DNA of 64,000 bases, from the NCBI GenBank assembly GCA_010909165.1, contig MU008178.1, positions 198,369-262,368 on the forward strand. The letters run 5' to 3'. The notes beneath the pieces were generated by a model. The model made no database searches. It saw nothing but the letters and a program-made list of their open reading frames with translations, and had not been told where the DNA came from. Positions 22,192 to 33,811 of the stretch are shown here, one piece after another. This DNA is from Anthoceros angustus. Lineage: Eukaryota > Plantae > Anthocerotophyta. Each line of letters begins with the position of its first letter. The first letter of the stretch is position 1. The position numbers and the translations under genes were made by a program.

Positions 22192-25100
22192 ATGGATCTC
22201 AAGAATCTTGGCGGAAAATGGCTACAAACAGTCAAATCAGCCGGGACCATGAACATCCTTGGCTCTGCTGCCCCCGATCGGCCCGAGGTCTGCTCACTTT
22301 CCGAGCTGCACGCATTTTCTAGCTTTGACACTAGAGATCTTCGATGCTGTATGTGGGCAGAAACGAGCCAAATTTCAACCCTGCGTACACTTGCTCTTGC
22401 AGATTCCGGCACGAGCGGCTGCCGCAGCTGCGGTTGCTGTGCAGATTGCTGGCTTTCCCCAAGCTCCAAGGGCAAGTCGTCCCTCCGCTTCTGCCGTGCC
22501 TTCAGCATTTATCAAACCGACAAGGGAACCCCCAGAGGAACTGGAGGAGTGCTTTTTTGGGCAGGCACGTCGTGGAATCCATCATTTCACTCTTCTGTTC
22601 ACTTCATGTGTTTTGCTACAAGCAACTCATTTCGTTGTGGCTTAGCTCCAGCAGGAATTTGATCCCGTCAGACACATGTTGGAACATATTCCTACCGAAT
22701 CTGTGGACCAAACTTTCTTCGACAACAAGGTACACTTCTGGGCATGTCACGAACCCACAGTTTTTGCACAAGGCATGGACGCCTTGAACTCTCTCATGGC
22801 CAAATGTACTCAGGTTGCGGTCAGGATGGCGCAACTAGACTTGATTACGCAAAAGCTGTCAAAGCAAGTCATGGAACATCACGAAGAGATGGGTTAGCTA
22901 TCACATTAATGTCTTGTGCTGCATTACATGTCTAGTGTCTGAGCCAAAGTTTGTGCGTAAAGGGCCTTGATTTTTTCTGTGAGGAAGCTTTGTTTCCTGC
23001 CTTTAAGGTTTCTCGTAGATTTTGTCTGTCTAGTTGCGCTTTAAGGCACGCAAAATCGGGATTTGAGAAGCGGTCAGCATATCCTAAGCCCTTCTTCTGA
23101 GTCCGAATGTTGTTGTATTTTACTGTCTCTGACCTAAACAGTGAGAGGAATGGAACTGGTTACCGAGCTTGACAAAGATCTGCAGGTCTCAAGCATAATA
23201 AGCAAGGTGCCAGGAGAAATCCCACCCCCTTGAAACTTGACATGGACTTGTTGCATGAATCTGAGTCTTCTGCAATGTCGCACGTTGCGAGCCAAGTCAA
23301 GCTTGTCCGCTGATATCAGCTTCTAACTGCAATCTCTTTAGCGTTACTTTGGGCTTGATCTTGCGCATTGCATGATGGTGTTCTTTTTTCCTATTCCCTG
23401 TTATGCATAAACTGTTTCTGTCTGCAGAATGGCCGAAGGCACCTCTTCTTGGCCATGCACGAAGTATCACAGGATCTGGTTGTCTCAGCAAATGTGAGGA
23501 AAAAACAGGTTTTGCTGGTGGGTCCAAGTAGGTTCTTTCGCTCCTCTAACTGAATGTTGCATGGAATTGTTCTCTTGAAATAGAGTGGGCTCTTCTTACA
23601 TGCCTGTGTACATACAGGACATGCTTCCTGTTGTGGAGAGGATACAGCACTCAATTGATCTGCAATCGAGGCTTCAGAGTATGGTTGATGAAGGAAATTA
23701 TGCTAGGGTGAGCTTACCGCAGTTTTTGTGCTACTACTGATGCCTGTGTGTCGTAAAGGAAGAGCTATACCAGCACTGTCGTGCATGAATCGCTTGATGA
23801 CCTTTTAAATTGGCATATGAGCAAGTCCCCCTTGACAGTCCATATGGCACAGGCATTGCAAGCGTGTTCGGAATGTATGATGCACCTCAATGAGTTCTCA
23901 GAACTTGCAGCTATCAAGGAAATGAATCACAGCATTGAGGTATAACGCAGTTGGACCTCCTGCCATCGGTGGGCTTTGTTGCAAATATTCTTAATGCATC
24001 GCTATTTGGTTCTCACCTTGTTGTTGGCAAGTGAATCCACGGATTCTGTTATTTAAAAACCGTTTTTTTTTTGTTCGCCTTGTTTCAACAAACTGTGTAT
24101 GTTTCAGGAGTGGCTTCAGGGAACCATTGAGAGAGTGGATGCAGTTCTGCAAAGTGTCTGCCGTAAATTCCAATCAGAAGGCTATCTCACTGTGAGTAGT
24201 TTCAGGTCGTCCAGGGCTTCATCGCCGTGGTACAGGCAGTCATTTCCTATTTGCGATCCACACTTTTTGTCTCGCTGGCCAGGAGACCGTCAATTGTGTC
24301 AAGCAGGACTGAGGGCCAAACTGCAATATCAAGTCCAGTCATCTTAGTTTTGCAGGTACTTGATGCGTATTCTGTGATGGATGATATTGCCGGTCTTGGA
24401 GAAAAGGTTCAAACGTTTTTTGCTCAGACTGTTGTCTCTGAGACACACAAGGTGATCAAAGACTTGGTAAATCAGGTGAGCATTCACCTAGTTCTGGCTG
24501 TGCTGTCTAATCGACTTGTCTCTGTTGTATGTGGCATCCGTGTGTTCCCTTGATGAATCGCAGGCCTTCGTGGAACAATTCCACTCCCAATGGTGACCTC
24601 TTTCTTGTTTGCGGCAGGAGGAGGATGCTCAGGTTGCGTTGAAGAAGAGCAGGTAGGCAAAAGCTGCAGTCTGTTGCTGAGTAGACCTTGGTCTTCTACT
24701 TATACTGAAACGCGTGAGATACATTTGATGTAGGCTGCCATACAACGATTTATGTTTGCAGCTCCCGGAATCCAAGTTCAGGCCATGTTTATCCAAGATT
24801 CTGGAGGTCTTGTTTGACCTCCTGTGTTCATACTATCAGATGATGACCTTCCAGCAATTTGATAAGGTGAGCACAATTACGTTGCGTCTAAGGTTTGGAT
24901 TTTGTATCTGAATATGGTCAATGTGGTTTGGGCTTGTGTTTAGCGGGGTGTTATACAGTTGTAGCTCATGGACCCAAATCTTAGAAATGGGTGCTTTGCT
25001 TGAGCCCCATGTAGTAGGGTAGGGTTCAGTAGCTAAGCCTTTGTGGAACCTCGCCTAGCTACACAGCATGGTTGACAAGCTTCAAGGGTGGGCTATTGGC

Positions 25101-28100
25101 ATCATGTGCATGGTCTTGCCTGCTGACCTCTCGGCACATGCCAATTGTGTATTAGGTCATGGATGAAGATGCCCAGAGAGGCTCACAGCTCAACCCTTTG
25201 TCTAATGGGAAGCGCCAGCTTTCATTGATTCCTCCTTTGCCTCTAACCGATGCCACTAGCAATGTGGAATCTCGAGTAGTTAGACAAGATTCATCTCAGC
25301 AGGCCACTACCACTGCATCAGGAAACCTATTGCAACAGGATGCTGCCAATAGGATAGATGCAGGTCAAGCTACACTGTTATCTCAACATACGCCAGGGGA
25401 ACGTGGGGTCATTATGGGAAGTGAGGCGTTGTCCAATCGCGCTCGACAAAACACAGCAATCAGTGTTGGGGCCGCCCTAGAAAAGGGGAGGAAAACTGTC
25501 TGGGAACTCGCTGCTCGTCGCGTTTCAGCTCTACTCTCGTCTGATGCACTTTGTGCAAGCAGCCCACATCATTTTCTCCGGAGCCTTGATTGGGTAAACA
25601 AGTTTATACTAGCAGGAGAGGCTTTCTGTGGTGCTGAAGCAGTGTCATTAAGATCAAAGCTTCTGAAGCAGAGTGAAAAGTACTTCGGCACTTTCCACCG
25701 GCAAAATCTTGAGGTGATTACTGTTGCAGTGGTTCAAACAGACTATATGCAGGTTGTTGATGCAGGCCTTGATCCATGACTGTTGGGGGCTCTATGTGCA
25801 GTGCAACTCACCCAAATGTAGTCTTGCCTGATCTGTTAACAGGTAATGCGAATGATGCTGGAAAAGGAGTCATGGCACCAACTTTCGGCAACAGCCCTTC
25901 AGGCTGTGAACTTAGCTGGCCTTACTGGAGAGGGGGGTTCTGTTCTAGCCATCCAAGGTACTCAAGCACAGGAGGGAGGAGAACGTATGGAGAGAAGCAG
26001 TACCCAGACAGGGTTTTCAACATGGTTGCAGGGGGGTAACCCCTTTCTTAACACACACACATTGCATACTGAGGGAGACAAGCTAGAAAATTCAATGGGT
26101 GGAATCAATGGGACTTCAAATGAACAGAGGGTTACTGGAGATGATGAAAGTGAGGATGAGGATCTGCTTGCAGACTTCATCGATGAAGACAGTCAGCTGC
26201 CCAGTCGCCTGTCAATCAGTGCAAAATTAATGCAGGGTACTGTCAAGCAGTCACAGGGCCAAGGAATCGAGGGCTTCACGCTTACTGGTTCTGCTGTAAG
26301 CATGCTGAGGTGTACTCTCGATTGCCTTGCTAGTTCCACCAAGTATTGTTTATGCTTTTTGTCCTTGACAAGCTAGTCCTGAGAAAATCACCACTAACTA
26401 GCAGCAGTCATCTGATTGATTTCATTTTTCAGATACATGGATAAATATGCCAGGTTAATGCAAATGTTGCAACCAATCTCTGTAGATGTCATGAAGGTAT
26501 ATTTTCAGTGTTGCGGTTTCTTTACTATTACTTTCTAGTTCATAAGCTCTACAGAAGGTGCACTTTCTAAATCAAGTAGGAACTGTCCGTTTACTGACAG
26601 GGGTTGTGTCAATTCTTCGAGTTGTACTTTTTCACCATATTCAAGGCATTTGGGCAGCGAGATGCTTTCAGTGTGGCGAGAAGCCAATCAGATGCTCCTG
26701 CACGTGAGTTGGCTTGGTAGTGTGAGGCCTGTTGTTTTCCCTGAGTGTATGTAATACTGTCTTACTGGAGTAGGAATAACTACCATGTAAATTGTTACTG
26801 CGGTGCAACTGTTCGTGATGCTTTGTTGTGTTTATTTTGTTATCAGTAATAACAGCACGTCTAAGAACGACCTTGGTTAGAATATCCCAAGGCCTAGAAG
26901 AGCAGCGAATGAAATCTCAAGGACCTGACGGCACTGTCCCTAGCTCTCCTGGTGCTCCCAGCCATGCACATGGATTCACAGAGGGACCGATGAGTCCGGG
27001 GCAAGCTGGCCCGCCATACACCACTTCCATGAGCAAAATGTATGATATCAAGGTGAAATGTCATGAAGTACTTACTCCTTAACATTATTCTGTATAGCAT
27101 TATTGAAGATGCTCTCATTTGCAGTTGGTACCATTTCTCTGCAGGAAAGGACTGTTGCTGCTGAGTCTTTGATGTGCATGGCCCAAATCCTGAAAAAGTC
27201 GCGGACTCATCTGCAAATGATGCTCCCACAGGAAGCTCTTACGTCAACAGAACAGTTCTATTCCAGAACGGTTAGCTCACTTTGATTGGATTTGCATGGA
27301 GAAGTGACATTAAAGGTTGCTGATTTCACTCTTCAGCTTTCAAGCAGTATATCTCTTTCCCAAACAGTTTTATTTGCTGCTTCATCAAACAGGTGGATGC
27401 TGTTCCGGATCTGAGGGAGCATGTGTATAGAACGTTGGCAAGAAGTCTCCTGAATGTTGGAGGGTAATGTCCCTGAAACAAGTAGTGTTGTCAAGGTTTA
27501 ATTAGGCTGAAGTTGGCTACTGGTCGTTTGTTAGGATTCCTGTACTACCTCCTTTGGCTTTAGATATGAATTATGATCAGTGTTTATATTGGCACGGAGT
27601 TACCACTGTTGCCATTGAACTTCTCTTATGTCTTGCAGGTATGTTGATCGTATCTCAAACGTCCGTTGGGAACTGAAAGACTTAGGACTTGAACACAATG
27701 GGTAATTTGTTCCATCCATTATCTTGAGGTGCTGATTGACCCAACAGTGCAGCCGATGGAATCTTTGAGCTAGAAGAACTGCCAGGCTCTGAATGACAAG
27801 GGTTTGTGATGAGAATTAGTTTAAGGCCTCTTGAAAAATGTAGTAAGACTCTTTGGACTGTGGTGAATCAGAAAATTGTCTGTTCTCTGTTGAGCACCAT
27901 TGCTAGATCTTTCTTTCAGGCACATTGATTTGCTATTAGGGGAGTACAAACGGTTCCTGAAGACAATTAGCAACGAAGCCATGTCCAAAGAGGTCAGAAC
28001 TTCTTCTCTTTACTGCTTGTCATCTGATTCGTAAATTGTTGATCGACATCCAGCTTGGAACCCCTGTACGCCTACTTTTTTCGCTCTGCCTTCAGCTGTG

Positions 28101-28907
28101 AGGGGTTGGTGAAGGGTTCTGTGCATTATCTACACCCTTGACCGTTCAACCAGTGCTAAGTACTGTCTGTCCAGCTGGAATGGTCAACCTGGATTTGCTT
28201 TCGTGGTGTCTGTACTTCTACAATGTACAGAACTTTGCAAGTCAACAGGCTCTGTGTGCAGCAGGTATTGGAGCTTTTCTTGGAGTATGGGGTAGACACA
28301 TTAGCCGAAACTCTGCTAGAGGGCTTGTCCCGCGTCAAGAGATGCAATAATGAAGGCCGTGCTTTGATGTCCTTGGACCTTCAGGTGAGGCAGCCTGGTT
28401 AGTTCGAAATTTTCGAAATTGGTTATTTCACAACAATGGCGGGAGACCTCTGCTAGTCATGGCATTACATGATATGGTTTTCTGCAGGTCCTGATAAATG
28501 GTCTGCAGAAGCTAGCACCGCCGAAGCTGAGAACAAATTTGCAGATTGTGGAAACCTATATAAAGGTAGTGTCGTTTCCTGGCTGCCTTGATAAATTTTG
28601 CTGAGATCATATTAACCCTTTCATGTTCCACCAGGCGTTCTACTTACCGGAGACAGAGTACCTGCATTGGATCCGCACACACCCTGTAAACCTACACTTG
28701 TCCCTGCACGTAGTGCATGCTTTGTTCAATTCCGTTCACGATACCAAATCTTGCTGAGGGTACCTCCGTTGGTTATGCCTTGTGATGTTGCAGGAGTATA
28801 CGAAGACACAAATTGTCGCTCTCGTTAATCTAGTGGCTTCTGCAAATAATTGGAAAAGGAAAAGCAGGCTGGACATCCTGGAAAAAATTGATGCGGTTGA
28901 TAGCTAA
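22192..28907 (+). CDS. VPS50: Syndetin / VPS50 (EARP complex subunit, CCDC132 homolog), multi-exon
   Basis: PARAAAAAAVA, EFDPVRHMLE, QVMEHHEEMV, NGRRHL, LEKGRKTVWELAARRVSALL, YFGTFHRQNLE, MMLEKESW, KRCNNEGRALMSLDLQ, C-terminal EYTKTQIVALVNLVA..DS*. Confidence 0.9.
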
Positions 28908-29849
28908 CACAAGGCTGCCTCCTCGAACATCGGACTGCTGCTGTCATGCACCGGATGGCTGTCTTTTGATTAAGGGCTGGAAACTATCCAAAGTATGTAT
29001 CCGGTTGCAGTGAATTCCCAGGGCAGTTGTTGGTCGTTTATATGGCATGTTAGTTAGTGCGTTTGTCACCTCTCAGGACATTACTAGTCGGAACATGGTC
29101 TGCACGGGTCTCTAAGGGGTGAGGATGGGGTTTGAAGCGTCACCATACAGTCAAGCATATGTAAAAAGTGTACCGCCATGGCCACCGCCTCGCACCGCAC
29201 CGTCCCCTCCTCCGTCTACCACTCTGTCCTCGCCGCTCCGCCGAAAAACGAAAAATGTTTCTGAAGACTGATGTGCTTGTTGGCAATTGCCTGGTGAACA
29301 TGTAAAAGCTTAGCGTTCGTTTTCGATGTCTCTTGATTGAAAGATGTTTTTCCTTATCTTCGGATGTGAAGGTGGTTGTAATGAAGGGCATGCGTGACAT
29401 CATGTGGTTCGGTGAACTCATCGTTCAGATTTTCAGAGCAATTTCACGAACCTGCAAAGCAACGTGCAAATGTGGAACTTGGTCTTGCCCGAACCGAAGC
29501 CAAAAACGAATTGAGGCCACCATTCCTATCATCAATTGCAGCTCCGAAACAGAATCCATGCCTGGTCTGAATTCCCTTTGTCACCCATCTTTGTGCAAGA
29601 TCAAGTTTCAGGGTGTGCATGCTAGGGAGTCAAGAAAGGTGCCCGGCCCAGCTGCTGGAGGCGGGGCTCGAATCTGCTGCCCCTGGGCCCCTTCCTCCCT
29701 TACCTGTTCCCGCTGCCTCTCTACCTCTCCTCCCATCCCCCCCCTCCTCACCTCCTCCCCGATGCCTCTCCCCCGTTACCTAGTTCGAAACCCGCTCCCC
29801 GCTGATCTCCTTCCCCAAAGCCCTCCCCACTAGTTTGAAAGAGTTGAAA

Positions 29850-30052
29850 CCTGCACGGGCTCGAAACGGGGTGTGCCTTGGACGCACGGGAAAGCATGCC
29901 CTGCGATACGATCGCAAAGCCAGGCGAATTGAGGAAGATATGACATCGGATGTAACGACATCCGCGAAGAGTGCATATCGGAAAGATATGCCCTTCTCGG
30001 TGGCATGACATGCCACCGAGAACGTCACGCGCGCGAAGCATTTATCGCTTCG
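29850..30052. other. Dense cluster of short perfect inverted repeats
   Basis: Stems tgcgat/atcgca (29902-29916), cggatgt/acatccg (29947-29964), gcatatc/gatatgc (29973-29991), 14-bp ttctcggtggcatg-a-catgccaccgagaa (29994-30022), cgaagc/gcttcg (30034-30052). Confidence 0.8.
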
Positions 30053-30061
30053 GAGATTGAG

Positions 30062-33000
30062 TCACAGGCATGACGTTAGGGTGGGTATGATGTCCTTGGC
30101 TCGTTTTTTCTCCCCTGCAACCAGAAAACTAAGCACCAGTCCGTCCATGTCTGTCCACCAGGTCTGCCCTGGCTGCTTCCATGCCATAAATTCTACTCTC
30201 CTTGCCTGCATCTCCTCGGCCTGCTCCCACATCTGGACACTGGTGTATATGTTTGACATAATCACATATGCTGTGGCGTCCATCTCGTCCAGCTGAACTG
30301 CTTCGTTGAAAGCATGGATTCCCACCTCCACGTTGCTCCACTTTTGACAAGCACCCAACAGGGTGTGCCAAATGGAAGCATTAGGCGGTGCAGGCATTGT
30401 CCTTACCAAAGTTAGTGCCTCATCCAGTCGGCCTGTCCGCCCCAAGAGATCAACCATGCATGTGTAGTGGTCCACCGTTGGGGTGACGCCGTCCTGCTTC
30501 ATGGCCTTGAAGTACTCTCTTCCCTTGTCCACCAGACCCGCATGACTGCATACTGTTAGTACACTAAGGAATGTGATGCTGATTGGCTGTATCCCATCCT
30601 TTTTCATTCTCTGGATCAAGAGAAAGACCTGTTCACTGTCTCCTTGGGAGGTGTAGCCTGCAATTAGTGCACTCCAGGACACGACGTCTCTTTTCGGCAA
30701 TGCATCAAACACCTGCTGTGCATCAACCATGCTTCCAGACTTTCCATACATGTTTATCAAACTACCAGCTACAAACCCATCAGACAGAAGCCCTTGTGCC
30801 TCAATCTGTGCATGCAGCTCCCTTCCCAGTTGCAAAGCAGCCAGATCTGCACATGCATGCAGGAGGCATGCAAATGTCACAGCATTGGGTACAGCAATGC
30901 CTTCTTGTTGCATAGCACTGTAAAGATGAAGGGCTTCCTGGCCCATGCCCTGCTGGGAATACCCTGCAATTAGAGCAGTCCAAGTTACCACATCTTGTTG
31001 AATAAGTCCTTCAAACACAAGGCGCGCATCCTCTAGGCTGCCACACTTTGCGTACATGTTGACCAAACTGTTGGATACAAACTCATCATCGTGAAGTCCC
31101 CGTTCTCTAATTTGAGCATGAAGCTTCTTCCCCATCTCCAAAGCTGGGTTGCCCACACTAGCACATGCCTGCAAGAGGCAAAGAAATGTCACGGAATTGG
31201 GTACAACACCTTCTTCTTGCATGCTACTGTACAGACAAAGGGCTTCATCACCCATGCCCTGCCGAGAATACCCACCAAGCATGGCATTCCACGTTACGAC
31301 ATCTTTTTGAACGAGTCCATCAAACAATCTTTCAGCGTCCTCGACGCTGCCGCACTTAGCATACATGTTGACCAAACTGCTGATTACAAACCCATCGCCT
31401 TCGTGTCCTTGTTCACTAATTTGCGCATGAAGCTCCTTCCCTCTTACCAAAGCTGGGGTGCCAACACTTGCACATGCCTGCAGCAAACACACAAACGTCA
31501 CAGAATCAGGTACCGCCATGCCATCTCCTTGCATAGCACTGTAAAGATGAAGGGCTTCCTGGCCCATGCCCAGCTGGGAATATCCTGCAATTAGAGCAGT
31601 CCACGTTGCCACATCTTTTTCACAGAGTCTATCAAAAACTCTCTGAGCAGCATCTAGGCTGCCACACTTTGCATACATGTTCACCAAACTGTTGACTACA
31701 AACACATCTGTGTCATGTCCTCCTTCTCTAATTTGTGCATGAAGCTGCCTCCCTTTCTCCAAAGCTGGGGTGCCAATACTAGCACATGCCTGCAGGAGAT
31801 ACACAAATGTAACACAATCTGGTACCGCAGTGCCTTCTTCTTGCATAGCACTGTATAGACGTATGGCTTCGTGGCTCATGCCCTGCTGGGAATACCCTGC
31901 TATCATGGTATTCCACAACACTGTATCTTTGTGAACAAGTCCAGCAAACACGATCCGGGCGTCTTCCCAGCTGCCACATTTTACATACATGTTCACCAAG
32001 CTGCTGGATAAAAGCACATCACAAGCAAGCCCACGCTCCCTAATTTGAGCATGAAACTGCTTCCCCTTCTCTATTGCTGATGTGCCGACGCTTGCACAAG
32101 CCTGGAGCAGGCACACGAACGTCATACAGTCGGGTACAGCCATCCCATCTTCTTGCATAGCACTGTATACAGTAAGGGCCTCCTGGCCCATGCCCTGCTG
32201 GCAATATCCTAGAATCAGAGCAGTCCACGTAACAACATCTTTCTGACCAAGACCATCAAACACTCTCTGAGCATCCTCAAGGCTACCACACTTTGCATAC
32301 ATGTTTACCAAGCTGCTCGTTACAAAGGCATCACCTCCCTGTCCTCGTTCTCTAATTTTTACGTGAAGCTGCTTACCATTTTCCAAAGCTGGAGGGCCCC
32401 CACTAGCACATGCCTGTAGCAGGCACACAAACGTGACCGAATTGGGTACAGAAGTGCCTTCTTCTTGCATAGCCCAGTAGACCAAAAGACTTTCCTGCCA
32501 CATGCCCTGCTGGGTATACCCTGCTATCATGGCATTCCACGTCACAACGTCCTTTTCACTAAGTCCATCAAATACCCTGCGAGCGTCTTCCACACTGCCA
32601 CACTTTGCATACATGTTTACCAAAGTGTTGGCAACAAAAACATCAGCTTGATATCCTCGTTCCCTGATTTCAATATGAAGCTGTTTCCCCTTCTCCAATG
32701 CTGGCATACCCATACTTGCACATGCCTGCAGGACGCACACAAATGTCACAGAATCGGGTGTAGCCAAGCCCTCCTTTAGCATGGCACTGTACAGACAGAG
32801 TGCTTCCTGGCCGATGCCCTTCTGGGAATATCCTGCTATCATGGCATTCCATGTCACAACATCTTTCCGACCAAGTCCATCAAACACGTTTTGAGCGTCT
32901 TCCAAGCTCCCACACTTTGCATACATGTGCACCAAGGCATTAGAGACAAACACATCCCTGTCAACCCCACCAGCCAACACGTCAGCATGCACCTGCTGCC

Positions 33001-33529
33001 CGGTCTCCAAGTCGGATCCCCTCGCACAAGCCTGAAGGGCAGCCACAAAGACATGGCCGTCTGGCTTCACGCTTGACCTCCGCATCCGATGATACAGAAC
33101 TATGGCCTGCTTCACTTGACCATGCTTGACATGTGAAGAAATTATGGAGGACCACATGAAGACATCTGGGTTCCCAACCTCGGTGAACACATCCATCGCG
33201 TCTTGCAACCTACCATGAGAAGAATACATCCGCAGAATGTGGTTGCACAGGAACGCATCCGACTCATACCCAATTCTCACCATAAAAGCATGGATTCGGC
33301 GACCCAGAACAAGATCCTTCTTCACCATACACTTCTTCAACACACTATACAAGAGATATCTGGAAATACAACAGTCTGCCTTCACCAGAACTCCCAAAGC
33401 CTCAACAGCCTCAGTTTCAAGGCCCTGATCACACAGCCTGCTCACGCTGTCACCATAATCGGACAAGCTCCGCTTCATGGGACGGCCCGTGGAGAAGCCT
33501 ACAAGTCCCAACATGGGCAACGTGATCAT
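30062..33529 (-). CDS. PLS-class PPR protein (organellar RNA-editing specificity factor), E1-E2 plus truncated WW-type PG-box, no deaminase; intronless
   Basis: L-S, 8x(P-L-S), P2-L2-S2, E1, E2, then KQPGQTWWTDMDG..SFLV and a stop. First ATG 33529 (alternative 33478); the frame is open from 33721. Confidence 0.93.
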   Translation of the reverse strand: MITLPMLGLVGFSTGRPMKRSLSDYGDSVSRLCDQGLETEAVEALGVLVKADCCISRYLLYSVLKKCMVKKDLVLGRRIHAFMVRIGYESDAFLCNHILRMYSSHGRLQDAMDVFTEVGNPDVFMWSSIISSHVKHGQVKQAIVLYHRMRRSSVKPDGHVFVAALQACARGSDLETGQQVHADVLAGGVDRDVFVSNALVHMYAKCGSLEDAQNVFDGLGRKDVVTWNAMIAGYSQKGIGQEALCLYSAMLKEGLATPDSVTFVCVLQACASMGMPALEKGKQLHIEIRERGYQADVFVANTLVNMYAKCGSVEDARRVFDGLSEKDVVTWNAMIAGYTQQGMWQESLLVYWAMQEEGTSVPNSVTFVCLLQACASGGPPALENGKQLHVKIRERGQGGDAFVTSSLVNMYAKCGSLEDAQRVFDGLGQKDVVTWTALILGYCQQGMGQEALTVYSAMQEDGMAVPDCMTFVCLLQACASVGTSAIEKGKQFHAQIRERGLACDVLLSSSLVNMYVKCGSWEDARIVFAGLVHKDTVLWNTMIAGYSQQGMSHEAIRLYSAMQEEGTAVPDCVTFVYLLQACASIGTPALEKGRQLHAQIREGGHDTDVFVVNSLVNMYAKCGSLDAAQRVFDRLCEKDVATWTALIAGYSQLGMGQEALHLYSAMQGDGMAVPDSVTFVCLLQACASVGTPALVRGKELHAQISEQGHEGDGFVISSLVNMYAKCGSVEDAERLFDGLVQKDVVTWNAMLGGYSRQGMGDEALCLYSSMQEEGVVPNSVTFLCLLQACASVGNPALEMGKKLHAQIRERGLHDDEFVSNSLVNMYAKCGSLEDARLVFEGLIQQDVVTWTALIAGYSQQGMGQEALHLYSAMQQEGIAVPNAVTFACLLHACADLAALQLGRELHAQIEAQGLLSDGFVAGSLINMYGKSGSMVDAQQVFDALPKRDVVSWSALIAGYTSQGDSEQVFLLIQRMKKDGIQPISITFLSVLTVCSHAGLVDKGREYFKAMKQDGVTPTVDHYTCMVDLLGRTGRLDEALTLVRTMPAPPNASIWHTLLGACQKWSNVEVGIHAFNEAVQLDEMDATAYVIMSNIYTSVQMWEQAEEMQARRVEFMAWKQPGQTWWTDMDGLVLSFLVAGEKKRAKDIIPTLTSCL

Positions 33530-33811
33530 CCAGCGACACAGCGTTGAGTTCCCTTCCCCAGATCCCAACGTTGCCGAGCTGAGTGTCCAAGCCGATGTAC
33601 ATACTATCGCTTTCAGAGTCGAAACGCGATGAGAAGATACGTCTTGAGTTCCATGGAATTCCACTCCGATTTGCAGACGAGCCTTCGGAAGGATTGGTAC
33701 AATTATTTTTCCTCCTCTCGATCAGACAGGGATGGATTTGACGGCTTGAGCAGACTGAGCCCCAGCGATCTTGTCAGTGTGGCATGCTTGTTTTTCATTC
33801 TCACATTGTTT

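Noticed and set aside
29783-29793. GTTCGAAACCC B-box suggesting a tRNA or SINE
   Set aside because: No A-box or cloverleaf around it.
29780-30028. ORF with CHATEK as a frameshifted DYW deaminase continuation
   Set aside because: Spacing does not match HxE(K/R)LA, there is no CxxC or terminal DYW-like motif, and the text arises from the 14-bp palindrome.
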